Positions 26,974 through 35,692 of a stretch of 64,000 nt of DNA are shown here, one piece after another (position 1 is the first letter of the stretch; each line of letters starts with the position of its first letter). The DNA comes from Pseudomonadales bacterium (GTDB lineage: Bacteria; Pseudomonadota; Gammaproteobacteria; Pseudomonadales; Azotimanducaceae), in assembly GCA_046290215.1 (NCBI GenBank), contig JBKAGC010000001.1, forward strand, positions 2,936 through 66,935, in the 5' to 3' direction. The notes beneath the pieces are model-generated. The model did no database searches. It was not told where the DNA came from and saw only the letters and a program-made list of their open reading frames with translations. Position numbers and translations under genes: made by a program.

Positions 26974-27327
26974 ATGGATACACCCTCGCTAAAAACAGAG
27001 TGGACGCCGGAGGAGCTAAAGACCCAGCGTCAGCAGTGGCAAGACGTCGCCGGTCTCTCAGACAAGATCTCTAATGCTGCCATGCAGTCTGACTGGGAAA
27101 CCTTGCTTCCGCTTGCTGAACAGCGGCAGAACCTAATGGATGAGTTTTTCCAAACACCCATCTGCCTGCCACTGTTCCAGACGATTTCAGACCAATTGGC
27201 TGCCATTCAGAAACAACATGAAATGGTGGCCAATCTCATTACATCAGCAATCGGTCAAAATGAGGCAAAGGCCTCCCAGCTTATGGAGCAGCGAGATCTC
27301 ATGGTAGAGATCAGCCAGGGTCACTAA
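26974..27327 (+). CDS. small helical protein, putative FliT-like
   Basis: I prefer the ATG at 26974 (MDTPSLKTEW...), giving 117 aa. The QSDWETLLPLAEQRQNLMDEFF motif resembles the FliT core. The upstream part of the track ORF looks non-coding. Confidence 0.4.
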   Translation: MDTPSLKTEWTPEELKTQRQQWQDVAGLSDKISNAAMQSDWETLLPLAEQRQNLMDEFFQTPICLPLFQTISDQLAAIQKQHEMVANLITSAIGQNEAKASQLMEQRDLMVEISQGH

Positions 27328-27344
27328 CTCAAATCTAATTCGAC

Positions 27345-27399
27345 ACCAACGCATTACCAACGCAATACCAACGCAATACCAACGCAATACCAACGCAAC
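27345..27399. repeat. 11-bp tandem repeat x5 (ACCAACGCAAT)
   Basis: accaacgcatt accaacgcaat accaacgcaat accaacgcaat accaacgcaac. It is intergenic and ends 19 nt before the next start codon. Confidence 0.95.
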
Positions 27400-27418
27400 A
27401 AAGAAGGGAAGGACCCCT

Positions 27419-29224
27419 ATGAGTGCAACCAGCTTAACCCGCGAGCAGCAGGTCACCAGCGCGACGGAAATCATGAAAGCGTCTGAGGCCATGCAAAACA
27501 AACAGTATTCTGAGGTCATCAGTACCCTCACACCCATGCTGCAAGCCATGGATGTCGACGCACCGCGGACTAACGAGATCTTTGGTTTGCTTATGGTGGC
27601 CGATGCCCAGCGCTTTAGTGGTTTGATCGATGACGCCTACAAGAATTACGTGGTTGCCAGCGAGATTTCACCGGAGCACAAAGCGCAAATCGAGCCGCAT
27701 ATTCTAAAGTGTTTGCCAGGCATGAAGACCACGCCTGATGCACCCGTTTTCGCTGAGCACTTGAGCTTGTACTTATCAAAAGCGGACTTGCACAGCCGAG
27801 CTATTGATCCACACATCACCAACACACTGATTCGGCGCTATGATCTCAAAAACGACGACGCCGCGGTGGACCTGGCTACGGTCATCACCGACGGTTTCTT
27901 CCTGACCGCGCTTAGGCACGCCATGTTGGGCGACCCGTTCGTTGAAAAGTTTGTCTCGGATATTCGCCGTGAAATCCTTTATCTCACTGTTGAGAATGGT
28001 TTATCGAGCAATCTATCGCCCATCGTCTTGGCCCTGGCTGAGCACGCCGAATTGGTGGAATATGTGTATGACATCTCTGAGGATGAGCGCGTGCTTCTGT
28101 TGGGCTTAAAAACCCTGATGGAGACACATAGCAGCGTGTCTGACGATGCTTCTGAGTTACTCGAACCTCTGCTCATGTACCTGATGTACGAGCCGATTAC
28201 TCAGCTCCGTCTGCAAGCCAAACTCAACGCCGACAAGATCCGGCGCTGGCCTGACCCGGTTAAACAGTTGTTCAAGCTGACCCTATTAAATCCCCAGGAA
28301 GAGCGCAAACTGGCGAACGACTTACCGTGCCTCAAGCCGATTAGCGCTGAGATTTCCCAGCTGGTCATGGGTCAATATCAAGAGAACCCATATCCAAGAT
28401 GGCGCGACTTATTCACCACTGATAAACCCCTGCCATATATCAGGATTTATCCCGATCTCGCCCAGCGGATTACCAAGCCGAAGAAATTCGAACGGTCATT
28501 GAAGTGCCTGGTGGCAGGTTGTGGCACCGGAAAACATCCCATCTGGCTTGCCGCCAGCACGAAAAACATGGCGGTGACCGCAATGGATTTAAGTAAGCCT
28601 AGTCTGGCCTACGCCAAACGGCAGGCCATTGAACTTGGCGTGGCCGACAAAATCCAGTTTATGCAAGGCGATATCCTGGACCTTGAACAGCTCGACACAA
28701 ACTTTGATGTCATTGAGTGCTCTGGAGTTTTGCATCATATGGAAGATCCAGAACTGGGTTTAAGTAAGCTGGTCACGCGCTTAAAAACCCACGGGCTATT
28801 GAGAATTGGCCTGTATAGCCGAATCGCCCGTGACGCGATTGGCGTCAACGATATTCGCGCCAGTGAGCAAGCTGCCACGCTGGAAGAAATTCGCGCCCAG
28901 CGCAGTCGCATACTCGCTGCCGGTACCAGCCCGATTCTGCGCTCCAGGGACTTTTTCACCATGTCTGAATGCAGGGATTTAATTAATCATGTGCAAGAGC
29001 ATCAGTTCGAGCTGCCGCAAATCAAGGCATTGTTAGAGCGCTACAATCTGGAGTTTCTTGGTTTTACGGGGATCAACGAGGAGATCATTAGGGAATATCG
29101 CAAGCAATTTGCATACGACCCAGAAGGTCTATCTCTGGACAACTGGCATCAATTTGAGCAGGAAAATCCGTTTATCTTTAAAGCGATGTACCAGTTTCAC
29201 TGCCAGAAGCGGCCCACGCACTAA
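27419..29224 (+). CDS. helical-repeat protein fused to a class I SAM-dependent methyltransferase (paralog of 12783..14879)
   Basis: 601 aa. Blocks shared with the paralog are QYQENPYPRWR, LVAGCGTGKH, ECSGVLHHMEDP, GLYSRIAR, VQEHQF and MYQFHCQ. Confidence 0.8.
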   Translation: MSATSLTREQQVTSATEIMKASEAMQNKQYSEVISTLTPMLQAMDVDAPRTNEIFGLLMVADAQRFSGLIDDAYKNYVVASEISPEHKAQIEPHILKCLPGMKTTPDAPVFAEHLSLYLSKADLHSRAIDPHITNTLIRRYDLKNDDAAVDLATVITDGFFLTALRHAMLGDPFVEKFVSDIRREILYLTVENGLSSNLSPIVLALAEHAELVEYVYDISEDERVLLLGLKTLMETHSSVSDDASELLEPLLMYLMYEPITQLRLQAKLNADKIRRWPDPVKQLFKLTLLNPQEERKLANDLPCLKPISAEISQLVMGQYQENPYPRWRDLFTTDKPLPYIRIYPDLAQRITKPKKFERSLKCLVAGCGTGKHPIWLAASTKNMAVTAMDLSKPSLAYAKRQAIELGVADKIQFMQGDILDLEQLDTNFDVIECSGVLHHMEDPELGLSKLVTRLKTHGLLRIGLYSRIARDAIGVNDIRASEQAATLEEIRAQRSRILAAGTSPILRSRDFFTMSECRDLINHVQEHQFELPQIKALLERYNLEFLGFTGINEEIIREYRKQFAYDPEGLSLDNWHQFEQENPFIFKAMYQFHCQKRPTH

Positions 29225-29250
29225 CCGCTACCCCCTCACCTGAACCGAAT

Positions 29251-29278
29251 CTGAACGAGGTAGAAATATTTCGTTCAG
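29251..29278 (+). other. 8-bp-stem hairpin just after the methyltransferase stop
   Basis: CTGAACGA-N12-TCGTTCAG. Confidence 0.5.
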
Positions 29279-29383
29279 GTTTGAAACCATTTTTCCGTTT
29301 CCTCTGTCTTAAAGAGTAGCCCTTACTCTTTTGGATATGACTGGCGGCTTTCTCAGCAACAGTCGACGGAAGAGTCCTTTATA

Positions 29384-29412
29384 GGCCAGCAGCCCTTGCT
29401 GGCCTTTTTTTT
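29384..29412 (+). terminator. rho-independent terminator
   Basis: GGCCAGCAgccctTGCTGGCC followed by TTTTTTTT. Confidence 0.8.
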
Positions 29413-29507
29413 GCCTGATTATCCAGCAAGATTGTGCCAGGTTATTGCCGGAATTGGGATTGAGTCTATATTTAAAAAAGTAACTTTAAAACTCATCAGG
29501 AACTACC

Positions 29508-30488
29508 GTGGCTGCAGATCCATCGCTCTTGGCGCGCTTACAACCTTTTCAATTACTGGCCAAAAACACGCTGACTGAAGCCAGCCAATCTGCTCAAGTG
29601 ATGACAAAGAGCAAAGATACCGTGTTGTTCAAACGCGGCGACCCGAGAGACACAGCGCTCTGGTTGCTGGAAGGTGAAGTGGATCTGGTGGATGAAAACT
29701 TCGAGACCCAACATGTGACCCCAGAGCAGGTGCATATGCTTGATCAAGGTGATGTGCATCGCTATACGGGCATTGCCAAAGTTAACTGCCAGCTACTTGG
29801 CTTACCTCGCGACACACTGGACTTAATCATGACCGTGGATCAAGCCACCAACGAGGAGTCTGACGACGATTGGATGACACGCCTGCTGAGCTCTCGCCTA
29901 TTTGAGTTTGTACCACCGGCAAACATCCAGATGTTGTTCAAAAAGTTTACCGGGGTGAACTATGGCGCCGGTGATGAGGTGATTCGCCAGGGCGACAGCG
30001 GTGACTACTTCTATGTGGTAAAAACTGGCAGAGCAAGCATCCAACGCGTGCAAGGTGATGATAAGAAACAACTGAAACAAATTGGTCCAGGGGATTTCTT
30101 CGGTGAGGACGCTCTGATTAGCAACAAAAAGCGCAACGCCACCGTCACCATGCTGGAAAGCGGCGAACTGATGCGTCTGAATAAGCAGGACTTCAATGAA
30201 CTACTGGTTAAACCAGCTTCTGAATATGTCACCTTAAGCGAAGTTCAAGCGGTGATTGACGGCGGCGAACAGGACATTAAGTTTATTGATGTACGCCACC
30301 CCAGCGAAATTGAAGTTGAAGTGGTCGCCGGCACCAAAAACATCCCCTTGCAGTTACTCAGGCAGCAGGCAGCGGAATTGGATCAAGAAACAGTTTATGT
30401 GGTCGCCACGCCCGGTCGTCGGGCAGAGCTGGGCGCCCTACTCCTGACCCAGGCTGGATTTGACAGCTACATACTAAAAACTGAATGA
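29508..30488 (+). CDS. protein with two cyclic-nucleotide-binding domains and a C-terminal rhodanese-like domain
   Basis: 326 aa with a GTG start. cNMP-type motifs are present (FFGEDALISNKKRNATV). The rhodanese-like tail (IKFIDVRHPSE...VVATPGRRAE) has no active-site Cys. Confidence 0.7.
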   Translation: MAADPSLLARLQPFQLLAKNTLTEASQSAQVMTKSKDTVLFKRGDPRDTALWLLEGEVDLVDENFETQHVTPEQVHMLDQGDVHRYTGIAKVNCQLLGLPRDTLDLIMTVDQATNEESDDDWMTRLLSSRLFEFVPPANIQMLFKKFTGVNYGAGDEVIRQGDSGDYFYVVKTGRASIQRVQGDDKKQLKQIGPGDFFGEDALISNKKRNATVTMLESGELMRLNKQDFNELLVKPASEYVTLSEVQAVIDGGEQDIKFIDVRHPSEIEVEVVAGTKNIPLQLLRQQAAELDQETVYVVATPGRRAELGALLLTQAGFDSYILKTE

Positions 30489-30521
30489 TGCGCCTAACAA
30501 AATCTACTGTTAGGACACATC

Positions 30522-31247
30522 ATGAGCGCCAGCGACTTCTTAGTTGAACGCACCAACCTCGCAAATACCACTAGCCGTGACGCAGACATTCCTGAATTGC
30601 AATCGGGTCAGGCCCTAATTCGGGTTGATCGTTACGCTTTAACAGCCAATAACATTACCTACGGCGTGGCCGGTGACATGATTGGATACTGGAACTTTTT
30701 CCCCGCTGAAGATGGCCTTGGCCGCATCCCCGTGTGGGGCGTGGGTACGGTGGAAAAAAGCGAATGTGACGGCGTCGCAGTGGGCAGCCGCTATTACGGC
30801 TACTACCCAATGTCCTCTTACCTGCTAGTAGAACCACAACGGGTTAACGAGCGGGGCATGTCTGATGGCGCTGAACACCGCGCCAGCTTACCGCCGGTTT
30901 ACAATAGCTATAGCTTAATGACAGCAGAAAATGGTTTTGCACCCGAGTATGATAATCATCAGATGATTTATCGGCCGCTCTTTACCACTGGCTTCGTGTT
31001 GGACGACTACTTTCTCGATAACGACTTTTTTGGCGCAAAACAAATCATCTTATCCAGTGCCAGCAGCAAAACCGCTTTCTCTATGGCTTACCTGCTCAAA
31101 GACCGCGACGTTCATGTGATTGGCCTAACCTCGCCCGGTAACGTGGGTTTTGTGCAGAGTCTAGGCCTCTATGATGAGGTGGTAACTTACGACGCTGTCA
31201 CGGACATCGCTGCCAGTGTGCCCAGCGCCTATGTGGATATGTCTTAA
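30522..31247 (+). CDS. DUF2855-like protein, apparently C-terminally truncated
   Basis: 241 aa. The N-terminal pattern ...ALTANNITYGVAGDMIGYWNFFPAE..GRIPVWG...YYGYYPMS... matches my memory of the DUF2855 family, whose members I recall as about 350-370 aa. No ORF continues downstream. Confidence 0.5.
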   Translation: MSASDFLVERTNLANTTSRDADIPELQSGQALIRVDRYALTANNITYGVAGDMIGYWNFFPAEDGLGRIPVWGVGTVEKSECDGVAVGSRYYGYYPMSSYLLVEPQRVNERGMSDGAEHRASLPPVYNSYSLMTAENGFAPEYDNHQMIYRPLFTTGFVLDDYFLDNDFFGAKQIILSSASSKTAFSMAYLLKDRDVHVIGLTSPGNVGFVQSLGLYDEVVTYDAVTDIAASVPSAYVDMS

Positions 31248-31706
31248 CCAGTGTTCTATACAATCACCTTAACGCAACATGTTGCAAACTGCGGGGTTGT
31301 ACACAAACGAATCACGGGATGGCGCTGACGATCTGCCCGGGGCACCATGTTTTCCCCCGGCCAATTCAAGCAATGCCAGTACCAGAGCAATACAGGCGAA
31401 ACCTTATCAGTTGCCGATCCTTGGGTGAAAATCATTGAAAGCAGCGGTGGACTCACGCCGCAAGCTGGACGTCACAGACAAGCCGTTTGGTGACAGGGCA
31501 AGCTGAACAAGGCGTGGCTTTAAAACTGGCTGCTTCCAGCACGAGTTCCAGGCTGGCGCCTCAGCACCACATTTGCCGACAAACCAGATTGTTCATGCAG
31601 ACTGGGTACTCTCCAGGCGTGGAGCGGCACCCTTTACTCTGCCTGGTGGGCGTGTATCGAGGTTATTGATATCGCGCGACCAGGCTCCACCTGCTCACGG
31701 CCCTGA

Positions 31707-32645
31707 TCACTCACGAAAGCCCTCGACCATTCGGCCCAGGGTGGTAAGCACACTTTGCTGGGATGACGACTCGATGATAAAGCTATCGCCGGGGTCTGGC
31801 GTGCCAGTAATCCGCACGCCAATGCCTTCAAAGCGGATCTGATTACCAGACACAAAGCGTTCATTTTGCAAACCTTGAATAACCCGGTCATCCGAGGCGC
31901 GCCGTACCGTGTAATTTAGGCCGGGCGGTTCAATCGCGTCCAGTGGCTCAAATTCAATGTAAGCATCCTCCGGAAAAAACGCATCGAATTCTGCCTGATC
32001 CAAAACCTGCCCCACTGTAATATCAGCAGGTGGGACAGCTGTATTCCGCGGATTGTTCATGGTGACAAAACTCTGGGCATCAGAAGGGATTTCTTCAAAC
32101 AAAGCCTTACCACTGTCCCTTGAGGTAACAAAGGTTGTCGCGCCTATCTGTACCAGTCGCTCGCCTTCATCTCCTTGAAACTTATAACCGCCACCACCAC
32201 TGTCCACAAAAGGTTGGGTTGAGCCCTTGTAACCGGCAAAAATAAACTCACCATTGGAATCGCGACTGTTGAGTAGACCGAGCATTTCTTCAAGGCGAAT
32301 ATTCACTTCCTCCGCGAGAAAACCGCGGTCTTCCTGACTTAAAGAACCCGCACCGAGCTGGACAGCGATTTCCCTGACGCGCTGCAAGACATCACCAATT
32401 CCCGATAGCACCGAGTCCTCAAGGGACAATCGATTGGTCACCGAGGTAATATTACGTTGGTACTGTTCGCGGGCAGCAATTTCCTGATTAAGCTGCAAAA
32501 TCCGTGTGGCCGCCACAGGATCGTCCGAGGGTTTCAAAACCCGGCGACCACTGGAAATTTGCGCCTGGGTCTCATTGCCGGCATTACTTACTCGTTGGAT
32601 ATCAGCAATGCCGCGATTAAAGGTCTGAATCGTACTAATACGCAT
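31707..32645 (-). CDS. flgL: flagellar hook-filament junction protein FlgL, lacking its conserved C-terminal domain in this frame
   Basis: 312 aa. The N-terminus is canonical (MRISTIQTFNRGIADIQ...SSGRRVLKPSDDPVAATRIL). The ORF stops before the flagellin-like C-terminal helix region. Confidence 0.85.
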   Translation of the reverse strand: MRISTIQTFNRGIADIQRVSNAGNETQAQISSGRRVLKPSDDPVAATRILQLNQEIAAREQYQRNITSVTNRLSLEDSVLSGIGDVLQRVREIAVQLGAGSLSQEDRGFLAEEVNIRLEEMLGLLNSRDSNGEFIFAGYKGSTQPFVDSGGGGYKFQGDEGERLVQIGATTFVTSRDSGKALFEEIPSDAQSFVTMNNPRNTAVPPADITVGQVLDQAEFDAFFPEDAYIEFEPLDAIEPPGLNYTVRRASDDRVIQGLQNERFVSGNQIRFEGIGVRITGTPDPGDSFIIESSSQQSVLTTLGRMVEGFRE

Positions 32646-32650
32646 ACCAA

Positions 32651-35600
32651 TTACCTAAAGGTTTGTATCAAGGTATCAAAGAGACTTCGGGCCACGGAGA
32701 TCACCTGGGCCGAGGCGTTATAGGCTAGTTCGTACTTGATCAAATCTGCTGCTTCTTCATCAAGACTCACCCCGGCAATGTTGTCGCGAAGTAACTGGGA
32801 TTGTTCTAAAAGGGCTTGACTGGCCTCGGCATTGATCTGGCTCTGGGCTGTTTTAGCGCCCACCAATTCCACCAATCGACCATAGGATTCCTGCATGTTG
32901 ACAGTATTGCCCTCGAGGATACGGGCAGTTTCAATGGCAGTAAGCGCCAGACCATTACGATTATCGGAGACACCATCGGCGTTAAACTCGACGACAAACT
33001 TATCCCCGGCATCCGCAATGCCATCCATTGTGACCTGGTAGCCAAGGTAGGTGCTAAAAGCTTCCGGTTCGGATTTAAATAGGTTCCCGGTCACCTGAGT
33101 TGCACTAGAAGACAAACTGACGCCATCTTCCATCACCACGTCCAGCACACCGCCAACCGTCACCTCATTACGAACGTCCGCACCTTGAACCTGTCCAGGG
33201 ACAAATCCCAGGGCCTGATTTAACGCCGGCGACACATCAACAATTTGTATCTGGGCGTCAGATCCTCGCTCTCGCGTGGTTAAACTAATCTGTCCTTGCA
33301 GATTCATACTGACGCGAATGTCACCGCCGGTAATGTTGGAAGAATCAATTTTGTTTTGAATCTCGCGGATCACATCAGACGACAATACCCGATTACCACT
33401 GAGGACGATCTCTTCAGCATTACCACCATTGACACTAATGCTGAAACGGTACGGTCCACCGTCATTAAAGTTAAACCCAGTGGAGATATCCGCAGTACCC
33501 GTGACTTCCGCCGGAATACTACCGCCTGCGCCGTTGATATTGAGTTCACCGCCGAATTGATCCGTCATCAGAAAGCCGTCACCCGCATCGCCCCGCACCG
33601 AGACGGTAATGTCTTCGCCGCTAGCGTTACTTAACGTCAGAGTTTCGCCATTACTGCGCGCGATGATGCCAGCCTCGGCAAAATCACTATTGGCCGTGAT
33701 TAGATCGGCGAGATAATTTGGTGACAGCAATTCCGGCTCATTCGGGTCCGTGGGCTGATTGACCTGTATGCCATTAATGCTGATGACCATGGCCAGGGCA
33801 TCGTCACTGCCGTTAACAAAGTTCGACAATTCAATTTCTGTGGCGGCTTTGGCGGTCACGCCGGTCAAGCCATTGAGGCTCTGGGCGATCGAAGCTGCCG
33901 ATTCCCCCTCAGTCACTTCCACGGCTGGTTGCACACTGACAATGCCAGTGACCGGGTCAACCGTGGTAATGGTCAGGGTTTCGTTCGCGTAACCATTGGT
34001 ACTGGTTTCAATAGGTGCCAGGGATACTGAATTGGGTAATCTGCCAGCCAACTCACCGTCACTTCTGACCGCGGTCTGGCCAATGGAATCTGGCAACATC
34101 TGGTTTTGAATACCTGGGGTAAAGCGCAAATTTCTTAAGGGCGGCACCAGATCCACGGGCTTGGCTGGATTGGTGTTGTCTAACACATCGTAGGTTTCCG
34201 GTGAGGTAAACACGATCACCAGCGGCGGTGCTAGCTCGCCAGGTGTAGAAAAAGCCGGCGTGGTCACGTCTACTGCCTGGGTAGAGAGTATTTTCGCCGA
34301 GCCATTATTGCCAAGGCTCGCTTGCGCGCTAATGGCTGATGCCACGGCCAGGCGTTCTGGACGTTCGATCTCTACCGCAATGTCACGACCACCATAACGA
34401 GTGGGCGCTACCAGGAACCGATCACCTTCCTGGATCGACCCGGTTTCCACATTGATGGTAAAACCTTCTGCTTCGATACTATCTGGCAGCGCTCCGGACA
34501 GCAGGCCTTTTTGGATCACCTCGCCATCTTCAGAGCGGGTTAAAACATAACGTTGTCCCCCAGGACCGGGAAAGGACAGCACGTAATCTGATTCGGTCAG
34601 TTGATTGGTGTCATCAATGGTGACACTGAGGCGAGTTTCGATCCCAGAGGTATTGTCTTTGTCGGGCAACACTCGTCCGCGCTGATTAGCTTCGGAATTG
34701 ATATCACCAAAGAACAAACCACCAAACAAACCGTCCAGATCCAAACCCAAAGCGTGTTGTTCATTAATTTTGTCAGCAATAGTGAGCGCCAGCCGACCAA
34801 CACTGTTGATGGTTTCATCGAGGATCTGATCTCGAAAATCTAAGATGCCACCTAGCCGACCACCACTAATCAGTGACGTAACGGTTTGTTGCACATCACC
34901 GCTGGTGAACGCGAGGTCATTGCGGAACGGGTCTGTCTCACCCGGCACAGCTTTGAGCTGGCTAGCGCGATCACCCACCACTAATCCCTGACCGCTACCA
35001 ATAAACACATCCACGGCATTGCGCTCTTTACCCACCACATTCACAGAGACCAGCTCCGATAATTGCCGCAGTAACTCGTCGCGGCGATCAAGCAAATCAT
35101 TGGGTTCTGAACCCTGGCCGCGACCAGATGCTGCGACAATGCTCTTGTTGAGATCGGCAATACCGCGCGCCAGACTGGTAATCTCCGCTGCCGTGGTATC
35201 TAACTGCTGATTTAAGGTGCTATTGTGCTGCTCGAGCCTGGATTGGATGGTGCTAAATCGCTGTACCAGGCCTTCTGCCTCACTTATGACCAACTGCCGG
35301 ATCGGCACTGATGTGGGATCATCGGCAGCGGCATTTAAGGAACCAAAAAAACTTTGTATTCCTGGTGCAAGACCAGTGGTGGCATCCGCCAGGAGGGAAT
35401 CAATCTGGTCCACGTTGTCTGTGAAGGTTTGCAACTCATGATAGACGCTGCTGTCCAGGCGTAATTGACCTACCGCAAACTCATCTACAACGCGGCGGAT
35501 ACTTTGCACCTCAACGCCAGTACCCGCAAAACCAGCACCTGAAAACTGCGGCGTGGTCGTACCTTGCACCACACTCTGGCGACTATAACCAGGCGAGTCG

Positions 35601-35692
35601 GCATTGGAGATATTGTGACCGACGGTGCGCAGCGCCGCTTGATTGGCCAGCAGGCCACTAACACCAATATTTAACAACGATGGAGAACCCAT
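32651..35692 (-). CDS. flgK: flagellar hook-filament junction protein FlgK, unusually large
   Basis: 1013 aa. The N-terminus is MGSPSLLNIGVSGLLANQAALRTVGHNISNADSPGYSRQ. The C-terminus is ...SLDEEAADLIKYELAYNASAQVISVARSLFDTLIQTFR. Confidence 0.9.
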   Translation of the reverse strand: MGSPSLLNIGVSGLLANQAALRTVGHNISNADSPGYSRQSVVQGTTTPQFSGAGFAGTGVEVQSIRRVVDEFAVGQLRLDSSVYHELQTFTDNVDQIDSLLADATTGLAPGIQSFFGSLNAAADDPTSVPIRQLVISEAEGLVQRFSTIQSRLEQHNSTLNQQLDTTAAEITSLARGIADLNKSIVAASGRGQGSEPNDLLDRRDELLRQLSELVSVNVVGKERNAVDVFIGSGQGLVVGDRASQLKAVPGETDPFRNDLAFTSGDVQQTVTSLISGGRLGGILDFRDQILDETINSVGRLALTIADKINEQHALGLDLDGLFGGLFFGDINSEANQRGRVLPDKDNTSGIETRLSVTIDDTNQLTESDYVLSFPGPGGQRYVLTRSEDGEVIQKGLLSGALPDSIEAEGFTINVETGSIQEGDRFLVAPTRYGGRDIAVEIERPERLAVASAISAQASLGNNGSAKILSTQAVDVTTPAFSTPGELAPPLVIVFTSPETYDVLDNTNPAKPVDLVPPLRNLRFTPGIQNQMLPDSIGQTAVRSDGELAGRLPNSVSLAPIETSTNGYANETLTITTVDPVTGIVSVQPAVEVTEGESAASIAQSLNGLTGVTAKAATEIELSNFVNGSDDALAMVISINGIQVNQPTDPNEPELLSPNYLADLITANSDFAEAGIIARSNGETLTLSNASGEDITVSVRGDAGDGFLMTDQFGGELNINGAGGSIPAEVTGTADISTGFNFNDGGPYRFSISVNGGNAEEIVLSGNRVLSSDVIREIQNKIDSSNITGGDIRVSMNLQGQISLTTRERGSDAQIQIVDVSPALNQALGFVPGQVQGADVRNEVTVGGVLDVVMEDGVSLSSSATQVTGNLFKSEPEAFSTYLGYQVTMDGIADAGDKFVVEFNADGVSDNRNGLALTAIETARILEGNTVNMQESYGRLVELVGAKTAQSQINAEASQALLEQSQLLRDNIAGVSLDEEAADLIKYELAYNASAQVISVARSLFDTLIQTFR

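Noticed and set aside
31256-31891. Short ORFs at 31256..31456(-), 31487..31669(+), 31573..31842(+) and 31634..31891(-)
   Set aside because: They overlap each other and the ends of flgL and the DUF2855 gene. They look like frame fragments of those two damaged genes rather than independent genes.
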